Assembly: GCF_000150275.1 (NCBI RefSeq) | Contig: NW_002060953.1 | Location: forward strand, 369,082-433,081 | Origin: Trichoplax adhaerens | Lineage: Eukaryota > Animalia > Placozoa | Direction: 5' to 3' | Length of the DNA stretch: 64,000 bases | Shown here: positions 38,877-51,800 of the stretch, one piece after another | Position numbering within the stretch: position 1 is the stretch's first letter | How the letters are laid out: the number at the start of each line of letters is the position of its first letter | Made by a program: the position numbers and the translations under genes | The notes under the pieces: model-generated | Database searches by the model: none | Seen by the model: only the letters and a program-made list of their open reading frames with translations | What the model was told of the DNA's origin: nothing

Positions 38877-39200
38877 CGTAAGCATGTGAGAGCCTTAAAA
38901 AGGCGAGGGGTGGCCCAATAGCACGCTGAAATTTGCAAGGGTTCTCTGGCGCATGCGTAATTGGATCTATTACAACCTTACCCCATGCACGCGATACGCT
39001 TGCCGTACAGTACAGTAGTCAGAAAAAAACAGGATTGTACTGTACACTGTACACTGTAACTTGCGACTGCGCAGTACAAACAAGACGTCCTGTCCTATCG
39101 TACTCTACTGTATGATACACAACAGTACGACAGGCTAATTCGCTACTCGGTGCTATACCAGCTGTACTGTACGTGAAGGACTTGAGCAATCTTGTTCTCT
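38877..39200. promoter_or_regulatory. Bidirectional promoter region between RPS11 and CWF19L1
   Basis: Start codons diverge ~570 bp apart. Locally GC/CpG-richer, with CCAAT (~38915), NRF1-like GCGCATGCG (~38949) and ATTGG (~38960). Confidence 0.7.
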
Positions 39201-39416
39201 AGCTGCTGCAGAAAGCAGAACTGGAATGGAAGAAATTCATCGTCCACTTTGACTTTTTTTCCCAATAGGTCCGGATAAAAAGTGTTGCATTTCTATCTCA
39301 GTAATAGGTTGCATTATTAATGGATCTCATACTCTTTTCATTGATTAGCTTTTACAACAATCAACATTCTACAAATCGACAGCCTCATCCAAACTGAAAA
39401 GTGGATCGACATAATT

Positions 39417-42400
39417 ATGGCTTGCAAAATGTAAGTGATTGTAATGAGAATAATTTCAATGGCATGGACTACTGGGTGATTGCATACTAGTATCACATCT
39501 TATGGTTTATTTTATATGTGGGGAAATGACCGATAAATTGAACACGATCAATCTCTCCATACTGAACTACAGTATCATTTCGTGACGATCATCATCATCA
39601 TCTACCTGCTAGCTGCAAACGTCATGAACCACATCATGTCGATCAGTCAGCTAAATGATCAAAGTATTTGAAATAGGGTATTGCATGAACAACTATTTTA
39701 TAATAGTTATTTTCTATAGCTAAGCATGCTTTAAATGCTATGGTACCTATCTTTCATTTCACTATGAGCAATGGTTCGAGAATAAAACTACACTATCATC
39801 GTCAATGAAAGTCGACAACCTTGACAACGTAGCTAATACAACCCAATTTACATCCATCCATCCACACTTATCATCCCAATCAGCGTACCTAAATGCAAGC
39901 GATAATTATATTATACACATAGCAAGAGCTCCTTCCAATACACATGTCTGTGCCTACAGGATGCTTTAAATGCTAATGATAGCTAATTCACTGATTGTCT
40001 TCAATTTCGACAATGGCTAGAGAATGGCTGCGCTTACCGCAACTGGACACCTAGCAATGATAACGTAGCTAGTACAGTACAACGCAGTTTACCTTACCAA
40101 CTCCCTTATACGCGTACTATCCCAAATTGGTATGTAGAAACGCCAATCGTTATTGCACCGTTAAATGCAAAACTTCTAGCACTTTAAGTACTATGGGTCT
40201 GTCGGCAACTCTATTATTGACAATGGCTAGAGAAGAACTAGAACGGTACGCTTTGCAACGATGATGACCTAACCCAACACAGTCTACATACTTTACATTA
40301 ATAATTACACCCCATATTTGTAGTATTACGCGTAAACGCAAATTATAATTGCATTGTTACAATACTAAACTAAAAGTCTGCTTCATTGAATTAACGAAAC
40401 CTACTTTGACTGCATGTGCTGTAGTTTAGCTTGTGGTGATATTAAAGGAAGACTAACGCAACTATTTGAACGAGTTCGTTCTGTACAAAAAAAAGCCGGC
40501 AATTTTGAGGTAAGAATGTTTCTCTACATGATTAGTATCATATGCTTCATACTGCTTATATATGCTTATACAGTAAATCCTTTATGCTTTATATGCTTTA
40601 TATGATATATCGGAGTATCTTCACACAAGGACGATATCGTACTTATTAATGCAAATGGTTACTAACCAAATTCATCATGATCATTTACTGATCATCAATA
40701 CAGATTGTACAAAGATTTTATTACCTTTGCAATATTCGTCATAATCTTCACTTTCTACCATTTCTTAGATGCTGGTATGTGTTGGATCATTTTTTTCCAG
40801 TGAAAATCATCATCATGAGGAATTACAAAAATACATCGATGGTCAGCTAGAAGGTTGGATATTTACTATCATTAATTTATTCCTGCCTACGGCGGTGCAA
40901 ATTTACAACGTAGTTTAACTTATACCATCTTCCATCATCGTTGTAATTTATTACAATAATGCCTATTTGCACATTGCGTAATATATTTTGATATACAGCA
41001 CTTACCAAAAATTGAAACTCGGCTTGCTTCTTATTATAATTCACCAGTTCCTATCCCAACTTATATCCTTGGTCCAAATACTGATGATGAAACTGTGCAC
41101 TACCGGGATCAAGAGATAGAAGGTGGTGAAATATGTCCAAATGTAACTGTCCTAGGTACACTAGATATATAGACTGACCTACCTTTTGATCATTTTTATT
41201 GAGGACTCCCTTCGGCACAACTTTTATCTATCATTAAGGATATTCATTTATAAAATTGATTGAAATCTTACTAGGAAAGAGAGGCATCTTCACTACCCTT
41301 TCTGGTCTCTCTATTGCTTATATGAGCGGACAGGATGGTAGTAATTTGCAACCCTCAAATGTTCAGGTGAATGTGCTTATGCAATAGTACCGTCTACCAT
41401 TACCTATCATCTCTACTAAACTATCTTAATCAATTAGAAACATCATTTCGTCGGAGATGACATCAACTATTTTGCAAAAAAAGCCAATGACTCCAACTTT
41501 CAAGGTGTAGATGTTCTTTTAACTTCACCCTGGCCAAAGGGAATATGCAATTTTGTCCAACCACCGGTACGTACGCATTTCAATACTATCTTCTACAGAT
41601 TTTAGTAAGGCTAATACAATACTGGATAGTGTGTGGCAATGATAGTATTTGGAACATTAATCTTTTAGATATCAAAAATAATTATATAACTTTCTCTGCG
41701 TAGGAAAATTATAATAAAGATTCTGGTTCTAGTTTGGTTTCACACTTAGCGTCAATATTGAAGCCTAGATATCATTTTTCTGGTACGGAAGGTTTGTTTT
41801 TCGAGCGTCTACCATACAGGTATGGAAATGTTTTGACTAATTGGCTTTTAGTTTAAATTATTTTACACTTATTTATACTTGCATTAATTTATAGATTAAT
41901 TGAAAATAATATTTACTAGAAAAATGTTTAAATATGTTGTTGCCTAGGAACGATAAAGGCACATACGGAAAAACTCAACATGTCACGCGTTTCTTAGGGC
42001 TAGCACCGGTTGGTAATGAAGAAAAGTTAAAGGTACAGGCTTTTGTAGAGCTCGATTAGTTATACCACATATGATTATACGCAATGTCTATCAATATTGG
42101 ACACTTACCATAGCTACTAATGTCGTAAATAATAGTACCTGTATGCCTTCAACATTGTGCCTATTCCACACATACCTCGGGAAAAGTTGACTGTAATTCC
42201 TCCAAGTGTCACTAACTTTCCATACAGCAGTTTGGAAAAAGAACAAAGTCATAATGCAGACCAGTCAGCACAGCCTTCAGGCGGATATTTTTATGATATG
42301 GGAAACGCCCAAAATCAGCGTCCTTACCAGCAGAAAAGGAGGCGTTATGACAACGAAAACCCAGGTTAGTAGTTTACATCCGATAATTATATAAAGTCAC

Positions 42401-44147
42401 CTACACTTACCATCATTTATGTCACGAGTAATAGCTACTTGGAAGCAAGTTATAAATATACACGAAAGGAATTGTATAAATTAATACTTTATGTATTATG
42501 CTTTTATTTGTATAGAATTATTATTCGTCTACAGCATATTAATAATAGTTGATCAATAACGACAGTTGTATGCTTTCTAATTGCAAGGACATTTTGGAGG
42601 CCATAAACATCATAAAGGAGAACGGAATCCAAGACAACGTTAGCACAATTATACTAAACTTTCTGATTCTTAATCACTGTCGTCGCTATATCTTCAAGTC
42701 TCATTTTAGTTTATAACTCCTTTCTATATCCCTGTTCGTAGCTGTTTCTCGTGGCCCTTGCTGGTTTTGTCTTGGTAATGCTGAAGTTGAGAAACATTTA
42801 GTAATAAGCGTTGGAATAGACGTGAGTTGGAAGGGTTTTCTTGGCTTACGATTATTTCTATACTGGATAAAGTAAATCTTCAAATTTTTTCCCCAGTCTT
42901 ATGTAGCTTTAGCTAAAGGTGGACTAACTTCTGAACATGTCCTAATAATACCTATTGGTCACTTTCCTTCATCACTACATCTTACAGAGGTTCTTTTATT
43001 CGTGATATCACTGAAAACTATAATATCTTTAAAATTCACTAACGTATAACATTGCCTTTCTTACAGCAAGCAACAACCGAAATTAAAAAATATCCTTTTA
43101 AATTTCGCATTGGCTGTCTTTAATAGACACGATAGCTAAATTGCTTTATGACTTATTAGCTGCATAAACTGAATATAGTACATGCTGCCATTAAAGTCGA
43201 TTAAATATAATCTACCGATTTTCCTATACAAAATTACGTATAAAGATTCATTAAGAAAATTCTTCAAAAGTTTAGGGAAAGAGTGCGTTATCTTTGAAAG
43301 AAATTTTCGTAGTCAACACTTACAATTGCAAGTAAGTAAAGTTTTGCATATACAAGATATAAAATCGCTCTAGATAATCATATTTCGATACTTATAATGC
43401 GACTATATTCCAGGTTGTACCTATACCTAGCGGTACTACAAATATAGCGAAAGAGCTATTCCAAGAATTAGGCGAAACAAATTCGTTAACGTTCCAGTTA
43501 CTCCCCAGTAATATCGATTTAACAAAAGTAAGATTAACTTACTACTTGGTACTCTTGAAAATTTGTTATTTATTAATAAGTAAGATGCTATCAGTATTAG
43601 AGAACGATTAAAAACCTAAGATAAATCATAAGTGTGCCATCTAAAATGTACGTATGTCATAATTCTGCTTAACGGTGATATTACTGTCTCGTTTTCTATA
43701 GATCATTTTTCTGTTAAGAAGTTAACTACACTAATTTTTTAACAAATGCTTACGGTTAAAGTATGCTCTGAGTGATTGTAATATTTTTATACTTATGAAG
43801 ATATTATCAGAAGGGTCACCGTTCTTCCTTGTAGAGTTTGACGACGGTGAAATGTTATTGCATCGCATTCGTGGAAAATTTCCCTTACAGTTTGGAAGGT
43901 ATACGAAGTCTATATCTTGATTGCATAAACTCCTGTAGATGGTAAATTATTAAATAATAGCTTCATTCTAATACTATACCTTGTTAACAATTTTGTGAAA
44001 CGTAGGCAAATTTTAGCGAGTGAAAGTTTGCTAAATATGCCCGACCGTGTTAACTGGAAGGATTGTGAAATTTCTGTTGAAGAGGCTACACAGAGTGCGC
44101 AGAGTTTCAGGAAAATGTTTAAATCGTTCGATTTCAACTTAAATTAA
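39417..44147 (+). CDS. CWF19L1: CWF19-like protein 1 (Drn1/CwfJ family, lariat-debranching associated), ~17 exons
   Basis: MACKI|[10 protein letters not shown]...[40 protein letters not shown]...[24 protein letters not shown]; CwfJ part [65 protein letters not shown]; TAA at 44145-44147. Confidence 0.94.
43090..43236 (+). other. U12-type AT-AC intron in CWF19L1
   Basis: 5' site AA|ATATCCTTTT, branch-like TTCCTATAC at 43221-43229, 3' end TTAC|G; splicing gives the in-frame [18 protein letters not shown]. Confidence 0.9.
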
Positions 44148-47100
44148 CTGTAAATGATATATTTTCTCTGTTATGTAAATAAAAATCCTTGCGATAGCGT
44201 TTACAACCTGAATTAGCAATGATAGTATGCTCACATCAGTATTACTGTCTACGGTCACTGTTTAATTTAAGATGGCGTGCCAAAGGCTTGTAGTAAATAG
44301 CACGTAGTAATTGACCGATTTTTACACTATCGTGTGCTATAGCTGTAGTAATGTTTAATTTTATGTACCTGCGAGCACCGACTTGTGTTCTGCTGTATAT
44401 CCTCTATTAACGATTATTGCCCAGTAAAGTTTTCAGTTGTTATTTCGTTTATAAATTTTCTACCATGCTAGTATTCTTCAATTCTATGTCTGATCTAAAT
44501 GATTCAATTGATTCAGCTATTGGTATTTTAATGATGTAGATTTTGTAATTTTTATAGTATCAATCGCTGCTGTAAAATATACCTATCATTAACTAATCGC
44601 AGTTGGCTAAGAATTGTGTCAGCAAAGTCATCTTGACTTTGTAATATGAAAGAATTAGCACTTTATGCGGAAAAGATACCATTAACTGATTGTGGGTCGT
44701 CAAGTCTCAATTTACAAAATGTTGGTGTTGCACATTATTAGTATTATAATTTATTGGCAACTACCGTATATCATATGTTGGAGATATTTAAAGCCAAGAA
44801 AAGAATCATTTTGGATAAAAATAAATTACTGTCTTCATTTTTATAGTTTGTCACTAGGGTTTCCCAAATTACAGTGTCCTGTATGATTTTGGCATGGCTA
44901 TAGCTTGAAAGATGATTTCTCCGTGATAATATCGTTTTAGTCTGAAACAAATGTCACCATTATCACAACTATTAAGTAGAGGAAAAGCTTTTGCTAATAG
45001 TCTCTGTTTCATATTAGTCATAATCTGCATACCTTATAGAGGATATAACAATTTCTTTGTATGTTCTCACACGCATGATTATCGAAAATCACTGCAGTAA
45101 CATTAATTAGCCAATAAAATCTACTAATATTAGCTAACACTATTGTTTCGGATATCAAAGCCGAAAGCTGCTATGTTAGCTATATAATATACCTAATGAT
45201 ATTAATTACAGTATAATCAATCTTAAATGATTACAACCTTTTGCGTACAACTTTAGAGCCGCATATCTTGTATATCTAAATAATTAGGTCATTTTAAATT
45301 CAACTACAAGAACATATCACAAACCGTCTTGTATCTAATATGCAGGATATATCCTCGTTTCTAGATCTTGGACTCTTGGTTACAGTTTGTTGCAACTTAA
45401 ATTTTGGATTTAATACCTAGAGCATGGGTCAGCGAACTATCTCGAACCAAATGATTCTTGCAACTCTAATATTTTTACATTAAAAGTGATCGCGTATATC
45501 AAAAAATCTTTGGTTTTCCAATATTATACCCAGATTTGCAAATTCTTTTAATGAATACAAAATCAGCAGGATAATCTTTTCAAACAGTTTCCTCTGGCAA
45601 TCGATTTTTGGGGCTTACTTCTCAATTAAATACAAAACAAATTCATATAGCCAATTAGCTCACTACATGAAAAGTGAAGTATTACTATAAATGAACAAAA
45701 ATAGATTTAATAAAAAAATAAGTCAAGGTGACATAAAGATTTAAGGGAAATGTTTGAACTTGCATTAAACTTTGAGTAAAACATATACTGCTATATCACA
45801 GTAAAATTTATACTATTAATTATTATTTGTAGATTTATGTTTATATATAAAGAGCATTTTCTGAGAATTAAGTATCAATAACATTTTACTATTCTCTATT
45901 CCATAGGAATATAATAAAACTGATAATAACTATAGATTGGACGAAATCCTTAAAAATATAGGTGATTCTACAGCAATTTCTTAGAGATAAGAATAAATAT
46001 TTTGTATGGTATTTATTGACGCCATAGCGATAAATCGGACATATATAATTATATGCAGCATTTTATATAGCAACAGTTATTATTTGAGAATGCATCAGAA
46101 ATGTGCATAAGTTTACTAAGTTAGATGATACTATATGAGATAGGCTAATCTGAACACGATTGGCTTCGAAAATAGCTATATTTTTTGTGCGTGAGTAGTG
46201 ATTAATCTATCACATCTACTATGTATTTTAAGGTAGAAGTATAAAACTAGAATATAAACTAAATACTCGTGCAGATTAGAAAAAATATCTAAGTTTATAT
46301 CTAAATTATTTTATAGAAATACTCAGTTTGTGGCATTAAGTAATACCTAGAAAGTGTAATTCGAAAAATACTGATGATGAGCTTTTTATAAATGAATGTC
46401 AGCGTTCACATTTAACACTGTTTACACATTCGTTTATGTACGTAGAGAGAAAAAGCTATAGTTATACTCCACACAAGAAACACTACAAATTTTAAATATT
46501 TCAGCCATTATATACGTAGATTATCGATGCTATTTAGCTTACCCAGTATATAGTTTGAAGCCTGGTCGTAATTCACATGATAGATATTCAGCTATTCAAC
46601 CTTAGATTCAGTACGGATCGGTCTAGGAGAGATTATCCTGCAGACTTGGAAAAATTTATTTTTATAAACAATGGCAGGAAAATCATTATCAACACCACAA
46701 TTTATAAATTGCTTATGGATGGTACCACAAATTCCCTATCGCCATGTTTCGTAATGGTAAAATTTTGATTGTCAGCCTTGCCTAAATTTATCAAAATAAG
46801 GATAAGGTGCTATAATACGAAAATAATGTTGTACATGTGCATATATTTATGACAATAGTAAAAAACTATCATGAAATTCTACATTCTAACCCGGAAAGTA
46901 ATTTAGTAATCTCATGATAAGCACTATTGTTCTTATTACCTATAATGATTACTTGATTAATTCGATAGACTATGGATTTGAACGAACATACAATAAAACA
47001 GAATCTGATTTCATGATTAAAGTCCATTTTATTTTTTAAAAGAAGTAAAATTTAGTAATTTAAGTCATGCAAATAATAACAGACAATCAATGCGTTGCTT

Positions 47101-47647
47101 CAACAAGCCTACAACAATTGCAACCTATTCATGGAATAGTGTGAAAAGGAAAATGCGAAAATCAAGCGTATACGTTACGCCGATATTAATGTAAATAAGT
47201 ACCATTTCCAAATAGAATACCGTATTCTTTTGTGGCAATAAGAAAATGTTTGCTCAGGTTGATATCGGCCATTTATTAAATTTATTTAACAACATGAAGA
47301 GTTAAATTATAGTCAGCGGCCTTTAGTTCATGTTTAAATATGAGCTGTAATAATATAAATAATATAATATATATATAGCTGGAAATTTGCACACAATACT
47401 ATACCATTTCTATAAATCGAATTTCAAACAGAAACCAGGAGTTAAATGATAGAATCACGAGTATCAATATCCTTTGTATACGTATACCGTATATATATAG
47501 AGAGAGCTAGATTCAAAGATTCATTGCATTAAATTTAAAAACTTTAGCCATCGATAGATAGAAATAAAGCTGCTGCAATAGGATGTGCAGTAATAATTAT
47601 AATTGCATTGTAATATTAGTAATAACAATGTACAAGAATAAAATTCA

Positions 47648-48802
47648 CTATCGAAAAATGAATTGATGTTTAGTGCTGCTTCGAACAGCATGAACTTGAG
47701 ATACACGACGAGTTTGACTAGGTTGGCAACATTGAGGTAATGCACTGCGTAGAACCTTGTTATAGATTAGATAGACGATAGGGTTCTCGATACATGCAAT
47801 ACTGGTCGAAATGAAGCCAACTGTAATAAGAGCAGATGCAGCCGGATTACCAGAATTCCGCAATTGGAGGATCGTCATTTGAGTAAAAGCGGAGGTTAAG
47901 ATAATCAAGACATAAGGAAATGATGTTAGCATATAAACAGTGGTAGCAATTGCAATCATTTTAATAATGGCAACACGACGTTTTCGATTAATTTGGAATG
48001 ATGAAGCAGAAGCGATGCTAGTACCTGGAAGAGAAATACTATAAGAGGAAGAATTCGAAATAGAATGAATGCTATTAAGTGGTGTTATAGTTTTCTTAAG
48101 ATGTCTAGCAATCCTGCCATACATTATGATCATAATTGTCAACGGTATAAAATAATTTAATACGGAAACGACCAGGTAATACAAGGTATTCTCATTATAG
48201 CCGTATAAGTAGATATCACACGTTGATGGTGCATCTATTGGGATATACATAAATCGTATTATAGGGCAATTAGTAGCAAATGAATATATCCAAACGCAAA
48301 TAATAGCCGATCGAATCTTACGCTTGGTATTTAAGATAGAATTTTGGCCAATACTCCCTACAATGATATGATAGCGATCGACTGAAATAATGGCTAAAGA
48401 CACAGTCGATACTGTAAATCCCGAGCTTAAAATAAAGTAGGATAATTTACAACCAATTTCATATGGTGCTAAGCCTTGCCGATCACGAACATTGTAAAAT
48501 GTTCTTAATGTTGATAAAATTGTATTTAAAATGATGGATAATAACGATATACCATCTGATATGCACATATTGCATATTAGGCTATAGATGGATAAATGCA
48601 AAAGCTTTTTTTTGATCACAGTATAGCAGATAAATCCATTTGCAATAATTCCAAATATGCCGATAGTTAAAGTTGCTGGTAAACTACTTCGAATGCCAGC
48701 AGTGTAATTGCTATTAGCTGTATTACATGTACCATTGAACCATGCTTGATTATTACCAGCTTTCATGGTAGTCCATTCAATACAGTTACGAGTATCATCC
48801 AT
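47648..48802 (-). CDS. Intronless rhodopsin-like (class A) GPCR, 384 aa
   Basis: Seven hydrophobic segments, TM2 NMCISD, TM3 CK...ISVDRY, TM4 W, TM5 NYFIP, TM6 TSFPY, TM7 NPIVY; N-terminal sequons NGT and NYT. Confidence 0.93.
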   Translation of the reverse strand: MDDTRNCIEWTTMKAGNNQAWFNGTCNTANSNYTAGIRSSLPATLTIGIFGIIANGFICYTVIKKKLLHLSIYSLICNMCISDGISLLSIILNTILSTLRTFYNVRDRQGLAPYEIGCKLSYFILSSGFTVSTVSLAIISVDRYHIIVGSIGQNSILNTKRKIRSAIICVWIYSFATNCPIIRFMYIPIDAPSTCDIYLYGYNENTLYYLVVSVLNYFIPLTIMIIMYGRIARHLKKTITPLNSIHSISNSSSYSISLPGTSIASASSFQINRKRRVAIIKMIAIATTVYMLTSFPYVLIILTSAFTQMTILQLRNSGNPAASALITVGFISTSIACIENPIVYLIYNKVLRSALPQCCQPSQTRRVSQVHAVRSSTKHQFIFR

Positions 48803-51800
48803 AAGGTTTTACTTCATCTGACGATATTCTCAAGGGGCAACTCCTCCAGCTGATCTTTAACTAGTCATTTCAGGATTTGCTAAAAAATATTTAATGGCAT
48901 CCAATACAAATGACTGTCGGGAAATAAATACTGCCATTATACCAATAACAATAGGAATTTTCTTCATCATTTCTATTGTCGAATAAATCTGTACGGTATT
49001 GACTAAATATCAAGGCTTATATACGTTATATAGAATATATATATTGATATATAGTTATAGATAATAAATAAATCACTACGTAACACTTTTAAGAATGGAT
49101 CAATAGTTATCGACTATAATTAGACAACGTCACTTCCAGAATGATGAAAATGATTTTGAACGACTGGAAAGCAAAATGAAACCGATAATGAAAATAACTT
49201 TAACAAAGGTATCTACTACTTGAAAGCTGCATTATGTCGTATTTATCAAAGAACGGTAGTTGTAAACTCTATCATAAGCTGTGATAAAAAAACTACTCTA
49301 GCTCTTAAGTAGAAGCTACCAAAATATTGAAGACATACTACGTATTCCATATTGACAATTTCATTTACCTCATACAGGAAAAGGCATAAATCAAATTATA
49401 CGATAAATTAATAAAAACTAATATGCAAACCGAGCCGAACGTTAATATTATCATATTAGTGGATAATTAACAATAAAGTTCTTTTTAAAATATTTTTAAG
49501 ATTTTTCCAGCTGCATTAAAATTATTGTTCCAGAGATTATATAATAAACTATCATGCATTTGTATTAGAACTGTGATAGAGTAAAAACCTCCTTAACTTT
49601 GTATGTACATGTTATATATACATTGCCAAAAGATAGTATGCGAAGAAAACTCTCTTTATTGACATTGTTGTAGATTATCTATAGAATAAGCTGAACTATT
49701 TTCAATTGCGCTAATATGATATCTGTAATTAATAAACAAAACGCTAGATAACTATGTCTATAAACATGAGAGAAAAGATAATAAGCATATTTGCACTTAT
49801 TCCTCAATCTTAAAGAACAAAATGCGCTCAATAGTTGTTTTCCTAGCGACCAGAAACTGAGTTAGTAAACAAATTTTAGATTAAAATCTTTTTAAGCAGT
49901 TTGAAAAGCTTAATTACTTTTTAGTAGATTATCGGTTACTACCATACTAGCCTAAATGTTAATCTCATTTTAGCCCTACTACGTGACATATCTTCCATTT
50001 TAAATCGATAAGCTGTAATGTGGTATAAATCATCATCAAAGGAGTAAGATAAGCTAGTGTCCAATTGGAATAATTTCATCATGTACAGCACAATATACGG
50101 GCATATAGAAATAAATAGATTAAAATAACCTAACAGTTGTAGATGGTGGAGCATTATAATACTACGGTACTATACCATAAATCAAAGAATCGATAGCCCT
50201 AAAGACTTTTTCATTAGAGATGATCAAGTTCCGGTACGCCTATGTCAGTCAGGATTAAAATCGTTCATTGGATTTAATACTGGCATTGTATGCTACTGTT
50301 ATCCATTCTCTAGCAATATAAATGTCATTAAAAAGATACTTGCCCACAAAGGTGGATAAAACTATTCTTTGCATGTGTTAACCGCAAAATATCGATAATA
50401 GAATTAGTCCAAAGAATGAATACATCACACTTTAAGAGCAAAGATAGCATCACTGCTTCAATTCCTATCTAACTTTATAATCCTCAATTAAATCAGTAAA
50501 GAGGATCAGCTACTACAAACATGGATGTCGGCCTATTAGCTGATCTATATCGTTTCATTTCACTATTACTCTCATTGCTATCGCAGTTTAATTCCTCTTA
50601 CGGAGAGAAAATATCAGTTTAAAGAATAAATTTAATTTAATTCTCTTATACAAATAACCAAGGATTGGTATTCAATGTCGACTAATTCTGAAAGTATCTG
50701 TAGTGTTTACTTCTAAATACGGTATAGTCTATTTTTAGTAAAAGTCAATTTCCACTAGATTGTAGCATAACTCTAAATATGTATAATTTATATTTAACAA
50801 AATACTCTGTGGAAATCGCTTTGAATCTAGCTGAATTATATCGTAGCCCTGTCTTAACATAGAAGTAACATATTCTTATTAGTCATTTATGATTTCCTCC
50901 TGCTGTGCTTCATACAATATAAAAGCTATCTTCTTTCACCTATCTCGTTAGTTAGTTCTGCTAGTTACACGGTAAGCTTGCACGCTTTACCTATGCTACA
51001 TTACTATAGCTATTCGACTAGTCACGTCGTAATACACGCTGTAATCTCATACGGTTTTTCCTTTGCACTAATTCCAATAAACTCTATTCCTCTACTAAAT
51101 TAACTCTGGTAATTTACTGTGATCATGACGAATCCACAATCTTCCGAAACATCACAGTATCCTTATTTATTAATGTATTTTCAATGATCTCACGATATTT
51201 CTTGATTTGTTATATCAAAATACGATAAGTATTAACTACTTTGATAGCTATTGCTATTATCTCTTAATTTAGGGGACTATTTTACATAATTGGTTGGCAT
51301 CACTATTTTTCTAGCAATCACAATTTGGTGATAAAATTAAACATTCTATAGTAATCTACTGTATATTCCTCAGGAAACTAAATTATAATCATTTCAAAAT
51401 AATTTTTTCTTTCTTAAGCAATAATTGCATCAAATAGAAGGAAATGACGTCTGAAATCTACTAATAAGCGAAATAGAATGAAAAAAACGTTCATAAACCA
51501 CCAAGGTGTAGAGGCGCGGTCAATCAATACTGTCTAGAATAAATAAAGAGGATTAAGTTTAATTAATCATAATACAAAAATAACATTTACTTTGAATCAG
51601 TCTAAAATACTTTAGAACTTCAGAGATATTAGAGCAATTAATTCATGCCAAAATTAAGAATATCATCTCTGAATTGCTCGATATGAAAATCATAGAATAA
51701 AACATTTAGAATTTATTTCTGAAGAGTACCAGGGTAGCAAAGACTAGTTTTCATACCATACCATATATACCTAAGTACCAACTTGAGATGATGAAAATGC

